A stretch of DNA of 64,000 bases from the NCBI RefSeq assembly GCF_001194135.2, contig NC_069004.1, forward strand, positions 9,372,255 through 9,436,254. Direction: 5' to 3'. The first letter of the stretch is position 1; the number at the start of each line of letters is the position of its first letter. A program made the translations under genes and the position numbers. The notes beneath the pieces were generated by a model, which saw only the letters and a list, made by a program, of their open reading frames with translations, did not search any database and was not told the DNA's origin. Origin of the DNA: Octopus bimaculoides (Eukaryota). Of the stretch, positions 28,030-40,982 are shown one piece after another.

Positions 28030-28225
28030 GACAAGTTCCTGAAGCTGGTACTTGCTTAACCACTGTTTATGCACGTTAGGAAAGCAGAAAAATATTTTCC
28101 TTGGATATTACTTGCTCTGATCTATGGCTCCTGTCACTTCAACCAAGAGAAGGGGAAAGCTTCAGTGAAGGAGTCCTTCGCCTTCAAGGGCAAAAACTGG
28201 TATCAGTGTGGGATCGAAGAAGCAC
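28030..28225 (+). mobile_element. Mariner transposase C-terminal remnant (opposite orientation)
   Basis: ASVKESFAFKGKNWYQCGIEE; nucleotide similarity to the reverse complement of about 27290-27400. Confidence 0.6.
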
Positions 28226-28350
28226 ACAACAGCAAGGGGGTGGGTATTAAAATTGGCAACAGATTAAGTCTAACACTTTTGGTGCTTACCTGGAAAAAAA
28301 TTTAGCTTTTAATAAGAAAATGGAAAAAAAAAATCCTGAAAGTTGCTTAC

Positions 28351-28435
28351 CCTTTTTGTTTTCTTTGGAATCTACATTACACATCTCATCCCATTTCTTT
28401 ATCACTTCATCACAGATTTCTTCTTTAGAGTCTTC
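28351..28435 (-). CDS. CCDC43: CCDC43 coding exon 2 (EDSKEEICDEVIKKWDEMCNVDSKENKK)
   Basis: Found by manual reading; not in the ORF track. Acceptor tttgtttcaatttcag| and donor G|gtaagc; 85 nt, phase 0 to 1. Peptide aligns to vertebrate EEDSLLNICKEIVERW. Confidence 0.88.
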
Positions 28436-30721
28436 CTGAAATTGAAACAAACAAACTGGTTTAAGAACAACAATGAAATGGAAATGTTCTGTGATTGTTA
28501 AACGGATCTGTCAATGGACTGACTCCAAGACTATTCCTTCTCCAAGCTATTGCAAAAGTATAATGCCTCTGGTCACATGTGATACACAGACAGGACCCTC
28601 CTACACCAACAAAGCAGAATCTACAGACATACAGAAGCAGAGACAGACTCATAGCTAGATGAATGTATCACCATTATGTCATCTATTCTTCAGACATTGC
28701 TACATAACCACTCCAATGCTGTTTAAATCTCCTAAAAAAATCTCAACTGGCAAAAATGAACTGTACCTGTATTTCAAAGGGTTGGCCTTGTCACATTCTA
28801 TGTCATGCTGAATCTCCCCAAGAACTACATTAAGGGTATGTGTGTTTGTGGATTGTTCAGCCACTTGCGTGTTAATTTCACAAGCTGGCTGTTCCATTGA
28901 TCAGATCAACTGGAACACTAGTCGTCATAACCAATAGAGTACCAGTTCATGCTGCACTACATTCACCTCATTAGTGCATGTCAGAGTGTGACACAGTGTA
29001 AATGAGAAAAATGTTGCTTGGCTGACTACCTGCATACCATAGGGCTGCTCAACCAATGCTGAGCTGGTGGAAGGTACATCCTAAAAATAGTCTACAATTA
29101 TGGTCCAGACAAACATAAAACTGACACAAACAACAGCATCAATAAGAACTACAGCTATTATATCCTCATTGTATCTATCTTGCTAGTCTTAGCTGTGGCC
29201 ATCGTCTAATGCACCATTGCATGTCAGGGTGTCCAATATGGTTCTTACCTAGGCTTGTGGCGTGGTATATTTGAACTGAGAAATTTGTTGTCCATGCAAA
29301 GTTGTTCAGTTAACTTTACCTCTTTCCAGTAGATCTACACATTTTCAAACACTATAGTTTATCTTGTTATCAAAGACTGACGTTACACAAATAACAACAG
29401 GTAAACAGTGATAATAGACAGGCAGAGTGGAGAAATAACACCAGGCTTCCATCACTGCACACGTTATATGGAATACTGGATGCAGAATGTACTCTTGTGT
29501 TGAGCGTTATAAACAGGAGAAAAGCCATAAGAAACGGTGCCATTGTGGTAACATTTCATTTTTACTTCAACCAACTACCGAGTTTCAAAGTGTCACCTTG
29601 GGGTACTTACTCTAGTCCTACGAAGATTTGAACCAGGTAACTACGGGTAAACGAAACATTTAGTCAATTATTTAATGTCTCCTCTATTTCAGTGAAGTAC
29701 ACCGACCTATGATATATTCTATTTGAACATGGTATGGATCCGAAGAGTGAGCGACCAGCTGAAGAAAACATACAGACAATTGCATATCTTCGAAGCTCAT
29801 AACTCTATCACCATATGGTACGGATTTATTTCCGGTCATGTGAAGATATAAATACAACTCCGCGAGATAACAACACCTTGGACAGTTTGTATATTATCGT
29901 TATCGTCAATGATTTCCACCTATCTAATCAAAAAGTCGGTGACTTTTGTCATGAAAGAAAAACATTGGTTAAATATTTTGTTTATGTTTGGGGAAGGTGT
30001 TTCACGCTTGAGTCCTGAGTAAAAGACTACACTCGATTGGTTCTTCAACGCTACATTCTCACTCACTGCCTCCCCTAACCCACTTCGTTTTCACCTGAGA
30101 ATCATATAAGTAAACACGAGGATAGCAAGAGAGATTCTTTATGGTTGCTCGACTTGCTAAAAATAGCAGCCAAATCGACTACCCCTCCTTACTCAAATTA
30201 CATCCCATCGTCTTAAAAAAAGGTGGGGGCACATTGGATAATATGGTCTTAAAACAATGGATAGTCTCAGCTGCAAGCCTTCGATCCGAGCTCACCTGAG
30301 GGCTAAACAAAAATTAACAAGACCGTTTAATTAAACAGAGAAAAGAAAAGAGATAAAGAGAGTCTGAAGGACCAAGAATTTGTGTGGATTTGAAAAAGAA
30401 TAAACTGATAATTTGACAAAAATAAGGCGATGAGGGTTTGTTTCGAAGTCTCTCAGAAAAATAGCATTCCGTCCAGTAAGACGGAATGCCTTTTCTTGCT
30501 ATCTCATATAAAGAATAGAATCGTACAAGAATGGAAGATAACCAAATTAGCAAAGAATTTTAAGGTAAGATTTAAAGAGAGAAACCTACACAGAATAAAA
30601 CAATGTTTTCTTTTACTAAAATGCGTCATAAGCATTAGGGTAAATACAATTTAAGAGCGTATATTTATGTATATATGTGTGTGTGTGCGTATAATGTAAT
30701 ATGAATAAGATAAGTTGTATG

Positions 30722-30810
<89 letters not shown>

Positions 30811-31055
30811 AATATGTTACGTTGTTTAGCCTTAACATAGACCTATGTACAAAGGTGTTCCAGTAGTGACCATCCGTCTTAGAGTGTAATTCCACTGTCC
30901 GATTGTATTCTTTTTTTTAAGACAAAAAGGAGTGATTTGAGGGCGGTTTAGTAGCTATTTCTGTTAGGTTGTGCGACCAAGAAGGGGAAAGTTCTTGGCT
31001 TATACCTACGTGATGATATATTATAAGATGTGTATCTGTGTGTGAAATACCGTAC

Positions 31056-31241
31056 CGCTATTTCCCCGACGATGTCCAACAGGGAGTCCTTCTTCTCATC
31101 ATATCCGCTGTACGACTCGAGGATGCCATTGATGTACGTGACAAACACACCGGCATCAAGATCGTCATTTAATTGCAGCAGTCTCGTCTCCAGCCATCGT
31201 GTAAAGCCATCAGAGTCATTACACATGGATACAGCCGCCAT
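31056..31241 (-). CDS. CCDC43: Coiled-coil domain-containing protein 43, coding exon 1 (MAAVSMCNDSDGFTRWLETRLL...LLDIVGEIA)
   Basis: Peptide resembles the CCDC43 N-terminus (F-x-x-W-L-x-x-R-L, VF-x-x-YI-x-GIL). ATG at 31241; donor GCG|gtacgg in phase 0, matching exon 2. Confidence 0.88.
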
Positions 31242-31256
31242 GCTGAACTCTTGCCA

Positions 31257-31264
31257 CCGGAAGT
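31257..31264 (+). promoter_or_regulatory. ETS/GABP-type motif CCGGAAGT just upstream of the CCDC43 ATG
   Basis: Exact consensus about 15 nt 5' of the start codon, typical of housekeeping promoters. Function is inferred. Confidence 0.45.
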
Positions 31265-34200
31265 TGCTCTCACGCACTCGCACTTACACTCACAGGTACA
31301 GACACATGCATAGTTACACTCACACAATCAGTCACCTAAATTCACACACACACACACATATTTATTTACACTCTGATACAAACATACATTAACAACTTTA
31401 CAGTCACACTCATTTAAACTAACATATGCACATACACATGTACGGTCACACTCACACAGGCAGTCGCTTACACTCACGCACACATCTATTTAAAACTCTT
31501 GCACAGAAACACGTACAACTACACATTTACGGTTACACATACACACACAAAGAAACGAACATAGGACCACGCACATATTTACACTCTCGTAGAAACGCGT
31601 AAAATGACACCTACATAGTCACACTTACACTCAGAAATACTCAAACACACACATAGTTACATACACTTTCACACAGAAATACATACGTTGACACATTTAT
31701 AGTTACACACACTTACAGAAATACTGTCTCATAGTTACACATTAACAAATTCATGGGTGTTTTGCATATACCTATACATAGATACAGATATGTCCATATA
31801 AGACGGGACATACAAGGTGAATTCTTATATATACATACACAAGAATTTATTTTTAGCTCTTATGATTTCGTTTCGGCACCTCATTCCAGGGTTTGTTTTC
31901 ATTATACCTTTACTAATTTGGAAATGACAAGCAACGGATGGCCGCTGTGCTTGAAATAGTTGCAAAATATTCCTCAAGTCACAAAGTCTCAATACAAGAA
32001 GTTTATTACATTTAACAATGTAATTCTGAATATACAGAAAGGGTGCGATGGTCGTCATTTGAATATCTTTGATCAGAGTTGACAAAAAGGAACAACAGCT
32101 AGACAAACTTCTGATAACTTCGATTCGTCAATATTCAGGTTCGATTCGCAGCAGAAGCTACTTCGTTTTAGTTACTCACCTTATGTTCTTGAGAAAGGCA
32201 TGAATATTAATTTTATCCTTATTTTATTCCTCTCTGAAATATTAACATTGTGGATAAAAAAAAAAAAATGACTAATTTTATTGTAATTAAAGAAAGTGTT
32301 TTTATTTTCCTAAATATTGAGAAGAGGGAGAGGACTAGAGTTCGGAGCGATGAGCTTTGTCTTTCATCAGATTGCGGCCATGCTGGGGCACCGCCTTAAA
32401 GAAGTTTTAGTCGAATGAATCGACCCTAGTACTTTTTTTTTTAAGCTTGGAACTTATTCTATTTGTTTCTTTTGCCGAACTGCCAAGTTACGAAGACAAA
32501 CACATCAACACCAGTTGTCAAGCGGTGATGGGACACACACACACACACACACACATAAATATACGGCGGGCTTCTTTCAGTTTATGTCCACCAAATCCAC
32601 TCACAAGGCTTTGGTCGACCTGATGCCATAATAGAAGACACTTGCCTGCAGTGCGACTGAGTCCGGATCTATGTGGTTGGGATGGAAACTTCTTACCACA
32701 TAGTCACATGCTGATATGGATGTCTGCAGGAGAAATTGGATGAAAGGAACCTCTACATGGTCACTTAACCTGCTAAAATCTGCCTCAAATTACACCTGCC
32801 ATCTTTAAACAAAAGTCACACAGCGCCCGAAAGAAACAAACAAATTACACTCATACAGAGAAAGAGCAGGTTGAGCTATCCACGCTGAGGCCCCTTCATT
32901 AGCTCACAGAATTCAGGGCTACAGTTCGCAACATTCTTTCGTTTCAGTCAATGGACTGCGGCTATGCGGGGGCACCGCCTTGGGAGTATAGTCGAATAAA
33001 TCGACCCCAGTAATGTTTTGAGTTTGTTGCTTCTTTAACCGGTCTCTATCGCCGAACTGCTAATTCGAGGGGCATAAAAAAACTAACACCAGTTGTCAAG
33101 TGGAAAGTGGGGACAAACACACGCATAGAAGGATCAGTTAATTATGATTTTATTCAGCCTATTTCCCTCTCAGATTCACACACTTATTGCAGCGGTCAGT
33201 CAGTTTTTCTGATCCCTGTAAAAGAACTCGGAAAGTTGAGCCTCCAACCAAGCCTTTCGCGGTACCCTTAAAGCCAGAAACTTTTCAACACTTATCGTAT
33301 ACGTATACACGAAATGCTTCCACACAGTTTCCGTCTGCCAAATCCACTCGTGTGGCTTTGGTCTCTTCTGGGCTATAGTAGAAGTGAGACTGCAACCGAA
33401 ACCATGCGGTTGCTAAGCGAGCTTCTTCTGGTTGTTTTTGTATTTACGCAACTACATTGTCGAATGTGTTCTTCGGCAGAATTCTAGTTTTAGCACCCCA
33501 TATAACCACCTCATAACTTGGGGGGGGGGGGGTGATTTTCAGAAAATTTTTGCGAATTTGTGTTCGACATATTGGTCGGTCCGGAGCCATAGTTTCAGTC
33601 ATCATACTGCCGCCATAACTTAATTACAGAGGCTTTCCCTCTGTGTGTTGTGTATCAAACCGTATCATATTTGCCCATTATGACGGAATCGATGAACGTA
33701 GCTTGAAGTTAAGTTTCTTCTCAAAGAACAAAAATAAATTAAAGGAGACAATAAGACTTCGTTTTTAAAAAATTTAGACCTGGGTTTGCACTCCTTAAGC
33801 ATATTTCGTTTCTGAGCCAGAGCGAATAGCATTTAAATCCTTCCCTAATAGCAGACGTTTCTACATTAAAATGAATAGTGTGTATGCAACTAACGCAGTT
33901 ACCTCCCTTACACCGCACTACCTCATGGTCGAACAATGAATGTGAAACCATCGTAATTATTTCTTCGGATAATTTCAGAAAAAAGAAACCAATATCTTAA
34001 TTGTCATAGGTAATTATTTAAATTAATTATGTACACAACTGGTTGACAGACTCTGTGTGTATGCATATATATACATATATATATACACACACACACGTCT
34101 TATGTTGAGCCCGTTCTTGTAACAAAGTCAATATCTAACAGTGTATGTGTATTTAAATATATAATATGAATCTACCTCAGCTATATCATGTACATGTAGT

Positions 34201-36623
34201 CTGTTAGGAATGCTTGAAAGGGATATTTCTTTTAGAGGTAAGGATCTGTGAGAATTAGGAGATTAGTAATGTATCTGGGTTGTTTGAAGGTGATTGTAAA
34301 CACGTGTAAATGCATAAGCGATTGTTTTGAAGGTGAATTGACTGTTATTAGTAGCAGATCGTAGCGGTTTCCTCGATTGTCTGATATATTTCTCCGTCTT
34401 CCTTGGAAGGACGACAAGCACTTATTTATCCACCGGTCAGCTCTGATCAAGCAGTGGTATTCCAGTCACAGCTGTCCCATTTTTCTCAGCCTATATATTG
34501 AACATGTAATTTTTTTTAAAGACACTAAGAGGTGGTTTGAGATAGACATAGCTGCATATTTTGCCAATCAGTTTGACTAGATCCTTAATATTCAGTCAAA
34601 TCAAACGATTAATTAAGTCCCTCGCTTGTTTTGAGAGAAATTCCAAGAGCGTCGGACAATATTCTTAATTATATCTCGGCTTCCTTCTACTTTTGTGTAC
34701 TTGTTAAATTTCTTGTATATTTCTTATTTCTCTGCCATTCGTTTAACCCATGAATTTTAGTTTCTTTACGATGAATTATTTATGTTAATATTTAATGTTA
34801 AACAATATTTCATCCAAAACCCTTTTTAATTATAATAGTAGTGGTTGAAGAAATCCTTTGTTTTTAGTCTTTTCTTGTTTGTGATACAATCATTCTAAAT
34901 TAATAAAACTTCAAAATCAAATTAGGTTAACATGTTGTCGATTTCAATAGTTTAATAAAAGACAGATTGTGAAAATTGCCTTCCAGTTTCAAACATTGCC
35001 GTATTTGATGATATATAAGACTCACTATTGCCCACCAAAATTCACTCCTGGTCCTATAGACAGTGTTAGGAATCCTATAAGCTAATTTTGTCCTGAATAT
35101 ATGCTGACGAAATTTTGGTTGGTCTAATATGCTCATGCGTCTTTTATGCCATCAAATACGGTATATTTGTTTGGATTTTCGTTTAGCTCTTACATAATAT
35201 AAATTTCCAACGTAAGCTCAAGGTCACACATTTCGTAAAAGGGAGCAACGGAGTGCAGGACTTGACTGATTCTTATTCTACCGACATCGTAAATATGAAA
35301 GACAAAGTCGATTCCAGTTCGATTTAAACATTGGGAAGGAATGTTGAAATTATCGAGTCAACCAATATTATGAATGACATCTCCACTCACACTAATCTTC
35401 AGTTTACACCGCCGGTGTAGACCGAATAACTGTACTCTTGTTTTGATAAACATCCTTGGAGGCAAAAACATAAACTGTGTAGGAATTTACATGGAATAAA
35501 AATGGGAAATAATAATAGTCATTAATCTCTTAACAACTCCGTCTGTTTCGTCTCAAATTAACCCTAAATAAACAGATCTTAGGATCGAATGGTACAGATT
35601 TGATTATGGAGTTAAAGAATTCGCTTCGAACTGCACGGTTCCGCGTTCAATCCTTCTGTGCGGTACCAAGGGTGTTTTCTGCCATAACTTCGGGTTGATT
35701 AGTACCTTCTGGGAAGAATGTGGTAGTCAGGAACTATGGTACCTCATCATGTCGTGTACTTTATGTATGCATATATCATTTGCTGATGTATGTCGGCGAA
35801 AGATGTTGACACCAGCAAGATAAACCGGTGTTTTGGAAACCATGTCCCGCCGTAACGAAAACAAAAACATGTCTAGCGGCGACTATCTCGTTTATTCAAT
35901 TTCATTACTACTGGAATTACACATCCAATAAGTACGTCCCTTTTTAAGATGGTAGAGTATGATGTGAAGGAGATTTAGCTGCTAAGAATCTCCTTTGCTA
36001 GCTCGATTTAGCTATGCCCACAAGTAGGTATAATTCATAGTTCACCATTGTGAGCTGTGACATTATAAAGGTGAAGCGAATTCATTATCTTGCAGAGTTG
36101 AGCTCAAATTCCTTTGATAGGAAAATTCGTATGTCTTCCACAGAAGACTTGGAAATGAATGACATCACTTGTATGCTGATGACACTCGCTTACAACTATT
36201 ATGTGATGACAAGACAACACACACACACACACACGCACATACACACATGCACACACTCACACACATTCAATAGGTTTCTTTTAGTTTCTGTCTTTAATAT
36301 CTACTTGCAAGTGGATTAGTTGGCCCAGGGCTAGAGTTGAAGACATTTACCCAAGGTGCTGCACAGTGGGACCGAACCTGAAACCACATGGTTGAGAAGC
36401 AAACATCTTAAACACACAGCTATGCCTATCGCCACCACCACCTCCACCACCATCATCATCATCATCATCATCTTCATCATTTAACCTCCACCCTCCAATG
36501 TAGATGTAAAAGCAAAAGGTGATGATAGGAATATTTATTTTGATTTTGGTTTTATTTTTCAGTTCTGTGAGTCTGCGATATTCCATACCATTTTTTGGCA
36601 ATGTGTGACGTTCAGTTGCTACA

Positions 36624-37166
36624 ATGTCGTTCTGTTTACCATACCTCAGGCTTTACCGCCATCTCTCAGCATTCACAGCTCTGTGTCAAAGACATTTTCA
36701 ACTGGGACAGATTCATTCGCTCAAAGTGACCCCTGCCCTTCCTCTGGTCAGAACGGCTGCAACAAAAGCTGCAAAGCATGAAGTAATAGTTTCACAATCA
36801 ACGTGTATCTTTGAAAACCTTTCTCTGGAAGAATGGCTATTCGAAAACACAGACTTGGAAAATACATCTTATCTGTTGATCTGGCGAAACACTGAAACGG
36901 TTGTGATTGGGCGGCACCAGAATGCTTGGATTGAAGCCAATGTGCCACTGCTGGAACAGAAAGGTGTCAGCATTGCACGCAGGAACAGTGGCGGAGGAAC
37001 CGTTTACCATGATCTTGGCAACATCAACTTCTGTTTCCTAACATCGCGTGAACGATACGACAGAAAGTGGAACCTGAATCTTGTGACCGAGGCTGTTAAC
37101 GATCAGTGGATGTTAAATCTCAGTGTGAATGCCCGAGATAACATCATGTGGAATGACATGTTTAAG
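36624..37166 (+). CDS. LIPT1: Lipoyltransferase 1, mitochondrial, coding exon 1
   Basis: Contains LplA/LIPT1 motifs: ENLSLEEWLF, LLIWRN-x-x-x-VVIGRHQNAWIE, ARRNSGGGTVYHDLGNINF. N-terminus resembles a mitochondrial presequence. Donor AAG|gtgagt, phase 0. Confidence 0.96.
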
Positions 37167-38095
37167 GTGAGTAACCAAGAATGTTATTTTGGTTCTTTAT
37201 TAGTCAGTATGTCATAGACATTGTGACCTTGTCACCATAAATGATACCTTTGTACAAACATACCAACCACTTGAGGCTTGTTGCAGTTGTCCACGCTTTC
37301 AGGTATTTGCGACAGAAGTCAAGCGACAAATGTACATTACATGTCATTTATATGATTTCAAGTATGTTTTTTTGTAAATCTTTGTAACCATGTTACGAGT
37401 GAAATACATTGCCTTTCCTTTATGAAAGACAAATTTGATTCCTGTTCAATTTAAACTCTGACCATTAGGAAACAATGTTGAAATTATTGTGTCAACCAAT
37501 ATTATGAATGACATGTCCACCGACACTCATGTTCAGTCAACACTACCAGTGTTGACTGAACGACTGTACTGTTGGACAAAATGCTTCGTGGCATTTCATC
37601 TGTCTTTACATTCTGAGTTCAAATGCTGCCAAGGTCAATGTTGCCTTTCATCCTTTCAGTGGTTGATAAAATAAGTACCCATTGAACCCTGAGGTCAAAG
37701 TAATTGTCTTCTCACCTTCACTGAAATTACTGGCCTTGTGCCAAAATTTGAAACAGTCATTAAGGTGGTGAGGCAGCAGAATCATTAGCTTGTTGGACAA
37801 AAGGCTTAGTAGCATTTTGTCCAGTTTTACATTCTGAGTTCAAATCCCACCAAGGTCAGCTTTGTCTTTCATCTGTTGAGGCTATTACAATATCATAGAG
37901 AGTTAAGCTAGGTTACTAGGCTACATCTACGTGACCTCTGATGTATAATTTTGGCCAGCAGTTGTGAGTTTTGAGCCTACATTGAGTGCATTGGATGCAG
38001 GGGGATTTTTAAACCCATTTTTGGGTAAAAAAAGGTGTGTCTTACAGGCCATCAAATATGGATGTTTTGCGTCCTTGTCCCATTTTGTATTATTT

Positions 38096-38131
<36 letters not shown>

Positions 38132-38171
38132 GAAACTCTGAAATGATTTTGGTGTTTGTTGATTTTGACAG

Positions 38172-38279
38172 GTCTCTGGAACTGCTGCAAGGTTGAAATC
38201 CAAACGTGCCTATCATCATTTTACTCTGCTTCTTGATGTCAATCTGAATAACCTACAATCCTTTCTCCAGAGCCCTCTG
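38172..38279 (+). CDS. LIPT1: LIPT1 coding exon 2 (VSGTAARLKSKRAYHHFTLLLDVNLNNLQSFLQSPL)
   Basis: Found by manual reading. Acceptor ttttgacag| and donor CTG|gtgagt; 108 nt. The exon 1/2 junction gives K-VSGTA...AYHH-x-TLL, the conserved catalytic-lysine region. Confidence 0.93.
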
Positions 38280-38615
38280 GTGAGTGACTTTTATCTTTCA
38301 CATTTATCATAACACAGAAATCATCTGCAAGCAGCTACAGCAGCAGCATCACCACTACCACTACCTCCATCATCACCACCACCACCACTATTACCACTAT
38401 CATCCACCACCTCCTCCTCATTGTTATCATCATCATCGTCATCATCACTACAACTATCACCACTTTCACCACCATCAGTTGTAGTAGTGGTAGTAATAAC
38501 AGTTCTTGTTTTCCTTTATTGACATCACCGTATATATCTTACCTAATTCTTCACCCGCATTGCTCAAAAGTCCCTTGAAACATTTAATTTTTGTTTTTGT
38601 TTTTTTTCCCCTTAG

Positions 38616-38753
38616 CTTGGAGCAAGTAGTCGTGCCACAGCCAGCATCCCTTCCTCTGTCATCAACCTTGTTGATGTGGAACCGCAGTTGACATACGACA
38701 ATGTCATCCAGTGTGTTGCTCAGCGATTTCTTAGTTTCAATCAGAACTCACAG
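38616..38753 (+). CDS. LIPT1: LIPT1 coding exon 3 (LGASSRATASIPSSVINLVDVEPQLTYDNVIQCVAQRFLSFNQNSQ)
   Basis: Long pyrimidine tract then ccccttag|; donor CAG|gtaatt; 138 nt. ATASIPS-x-V-x-NL motif of LIPT1. Confidence 0.92.
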
Positions 38754-38924
38754 GTAATTAAAAGACAGCTGTTTCCTTGGTGTTCCATCAATCCTTATTA
38801 GATATTTTTGGCTTAATTAACTAATTAACCCCTTTGTTTCCATATTTCTGTTGAAATTCCCTTCCATTCTTTCAATTAATTTTGAAAATAATGAAGAATT
38901 TGGTAAAAATAATCCTGTCATTAT

Positions 38925-39280
38925 CTTTTGTTTTTACTTGTTTCAGTCACTAGACTGTGGCCATGCTGGGGCAATGCCTTGAAGAGTTTTTAGTCAAATG
39001 AATTGACCCTGGTGCTTCTTTATTTTATTGGTCTCTTATACCGAACTGCTAAGTTACAAGGACATAAACAAACCAAGACTGGTTGTCAAGTGGTGGGAGG
39101 GGACACACACACACATATATATATGACAGACTTCTTTCAGTTTCTGTCTACCAAATCCACTCACAATGATTTGGTCGGCCTGAGGCTATAGTAGAAGACA
39201 CTTACCCAAGGTGCCACCCAGTGAGACTGAACCCAGGACCATGTTGTTGGGAAGCAAGTTTCTTACCACACAGCCACTCC
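38925..39280 (-). mobile_element. Family-B SINE in LIPT1 intron 3
   Basis: Collinear with the 19283-19672 copy. Confidence 0.8.
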
Positions 39281-39544
39281 TGTGCCTTTAAAGATGTTTG
39301 CTGAGCAGTCACCCATCTAAGTACTAACCAGGCTCCTTATTGCTTAACTTCAGTGACCGGACAAGAAACCCTTTTGTTACCAAATTTCTGTTGAAATGCA
39401 CTACCACTGGAACATATACAACCCCAGTGAGAGTTGAACTTGGTATGTAAATGGACTAAGCTAAATACAGCAGACCAGACTATTTAGTCTCATATTTTAC
39501 CATTCCTGCTTCTTTTAATGCCCTTTAACAATATNNNNNNNNNN

Positions 39545-39882
39545 GATTTCGATTCCCAAACCCGGCGTTGTGAGTGTTTATCGAGCGAAAACACCTAAAG
39601 CTCCATGAGGCTCCGGCAGGGGATGGTGGCGAACCCTGCTGTACTCTTTCACCACAACTTTCTCTCACTCTTACTTCCTGTTTCTGTTGTACCTGTAATT
39701 CAAAGGGCCAGCCTTGTCACACTGTGTCACGCTGAATCTCCCCGAGAACTACGTTAAGGGTACACGTGTCTGTGGAGTGCTCAGCCACTTGCACATTAAT
39801 TTCACGAACAGGCTGTTCCGTTGATCTGATCAACTGGAACCCTCGACGTCGTAAGCGACTGAGTGCCAACAACAACAACAAC
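39545..39882 (+). mobile_element. SINE family C (tRNA-like head, tail ...GGAGTGCC(AAC)n)
   Basis: Related copies at 8195-8330(-), 24122-24330, 28700-28950, 44683-45000 and 47640-47851(-). The head is cut by an N gap. Confidence 0.8.
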
Positions 39883-40982
39883 AATATCCTCAATCATTCC
39901 TTTTGTTTAACAACCAACTGTTTTAGTAGAATACTACAATTAATTACTTTTCAGAATGTTATTTGTCACCCTATTTTACTGCCGCAGAAATTTGCAACCA
40001 TGATCAGCTTTGGTTGAAGTTCCTATACCCCTGAATAAGCTTGAATTTGTGTGCCTCACTTAGGTCAATAACCTTAAAAAAATATGTAGTATGGAGAAGA
40101 GAAATAACTCTAGTTGCTTAAGCTGTTATAATTATAAAGAGTTACGTCCCTAGAAATATTAGCTTGCATATTTCTCTAATTCTTTCACGCTCACTAATTC
40201 CATTCACCACCATCCACGTCCAACGTTTGAAGAATATTGCTTGTTGTTGTGTAGTTGTTAAGCTTTAATCGACAAGACCTAAGATTAAAGTCATTTAAAC
40301 GTGATCATTTCTTTTTTGCATTATATGTCCAGGACGCCAATATCGAACGCGTCTTTTCTTTTTTTTAATGGCGGCAAGGCGTAATTTGAGGGAAATACGA
40401 CCGATATTTTCGGCAGGTCGGATGACCACGTAGGCACTTCTTCATTGCGTCTTTCCTTATTTCTTTGGTTGAAGGATCAGGGCGGCGGCGAGGCAGTGGG
40501 TAACTAACTTTCGAAGAAGCTATGAAATAAATCTCAGCGAATTTCTTAGGGGATGCAGATTCTGTCTGTCTGTCTCCTGTACGTATATGTATATACATTG
40601 TGTGTGTATATATATATATATAGTTAAAAAAAACAATAACAAAAAAACACAAAAACACAACAAAGTGAGGACGTGATATGGATAGTATTATTGGACGCTC
40701 AGGAAAGGAAAGAGAGAGTGTATGAGGTTTCGGGCGTAGCCCTTCGTCGGAAAGATGGAAAGTTCGGAGAATGGAAGAACGGAATATATATATATATATA
40801 TGCACAGGCATCGCTGTGTGGTTAAGAAGCTTACTTTGAATCACGTGCAGCACCTTGGCCAAGCGTCTTCTACTATTGCCTTGTGCTGATCAATGTCCTG
40901 TGAGTGAATCTGGTAGACGGAAACTGTGCGGAAACCCGCCGCGTGTGTGTTATATATATATAAGCAAATGAATAATAATAAT

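Noticed and set aside
29310-29360. Candidate CCDC43 exon 2 ending GAG|gtaaag
   Set aside because: The peptide has no similarity to CCDC43; 28351-28435 fits homology and phase.
31045-31050. Alternative CCDC43 exon 1 donor GTACG|GTATTT
   Set aside because: Phase 2 is incompatible with the phase-0 start of exon 2.
31242-31283. N-terminal extension MRVRESNFRWQEFS in the ORF track
   Set aside because: It begins at a non-ATG codon in the probable promoter/5'UTR; homology starts at the ATG at 31241.
37167-37217. ORF-track C-terminus VSNQECYFGSLLVSMS* as the end of LIPT1
   Set aside because: It is read-through into intron 1 after AAG|gtgagt; the conserved motifs continue in downstream exons.
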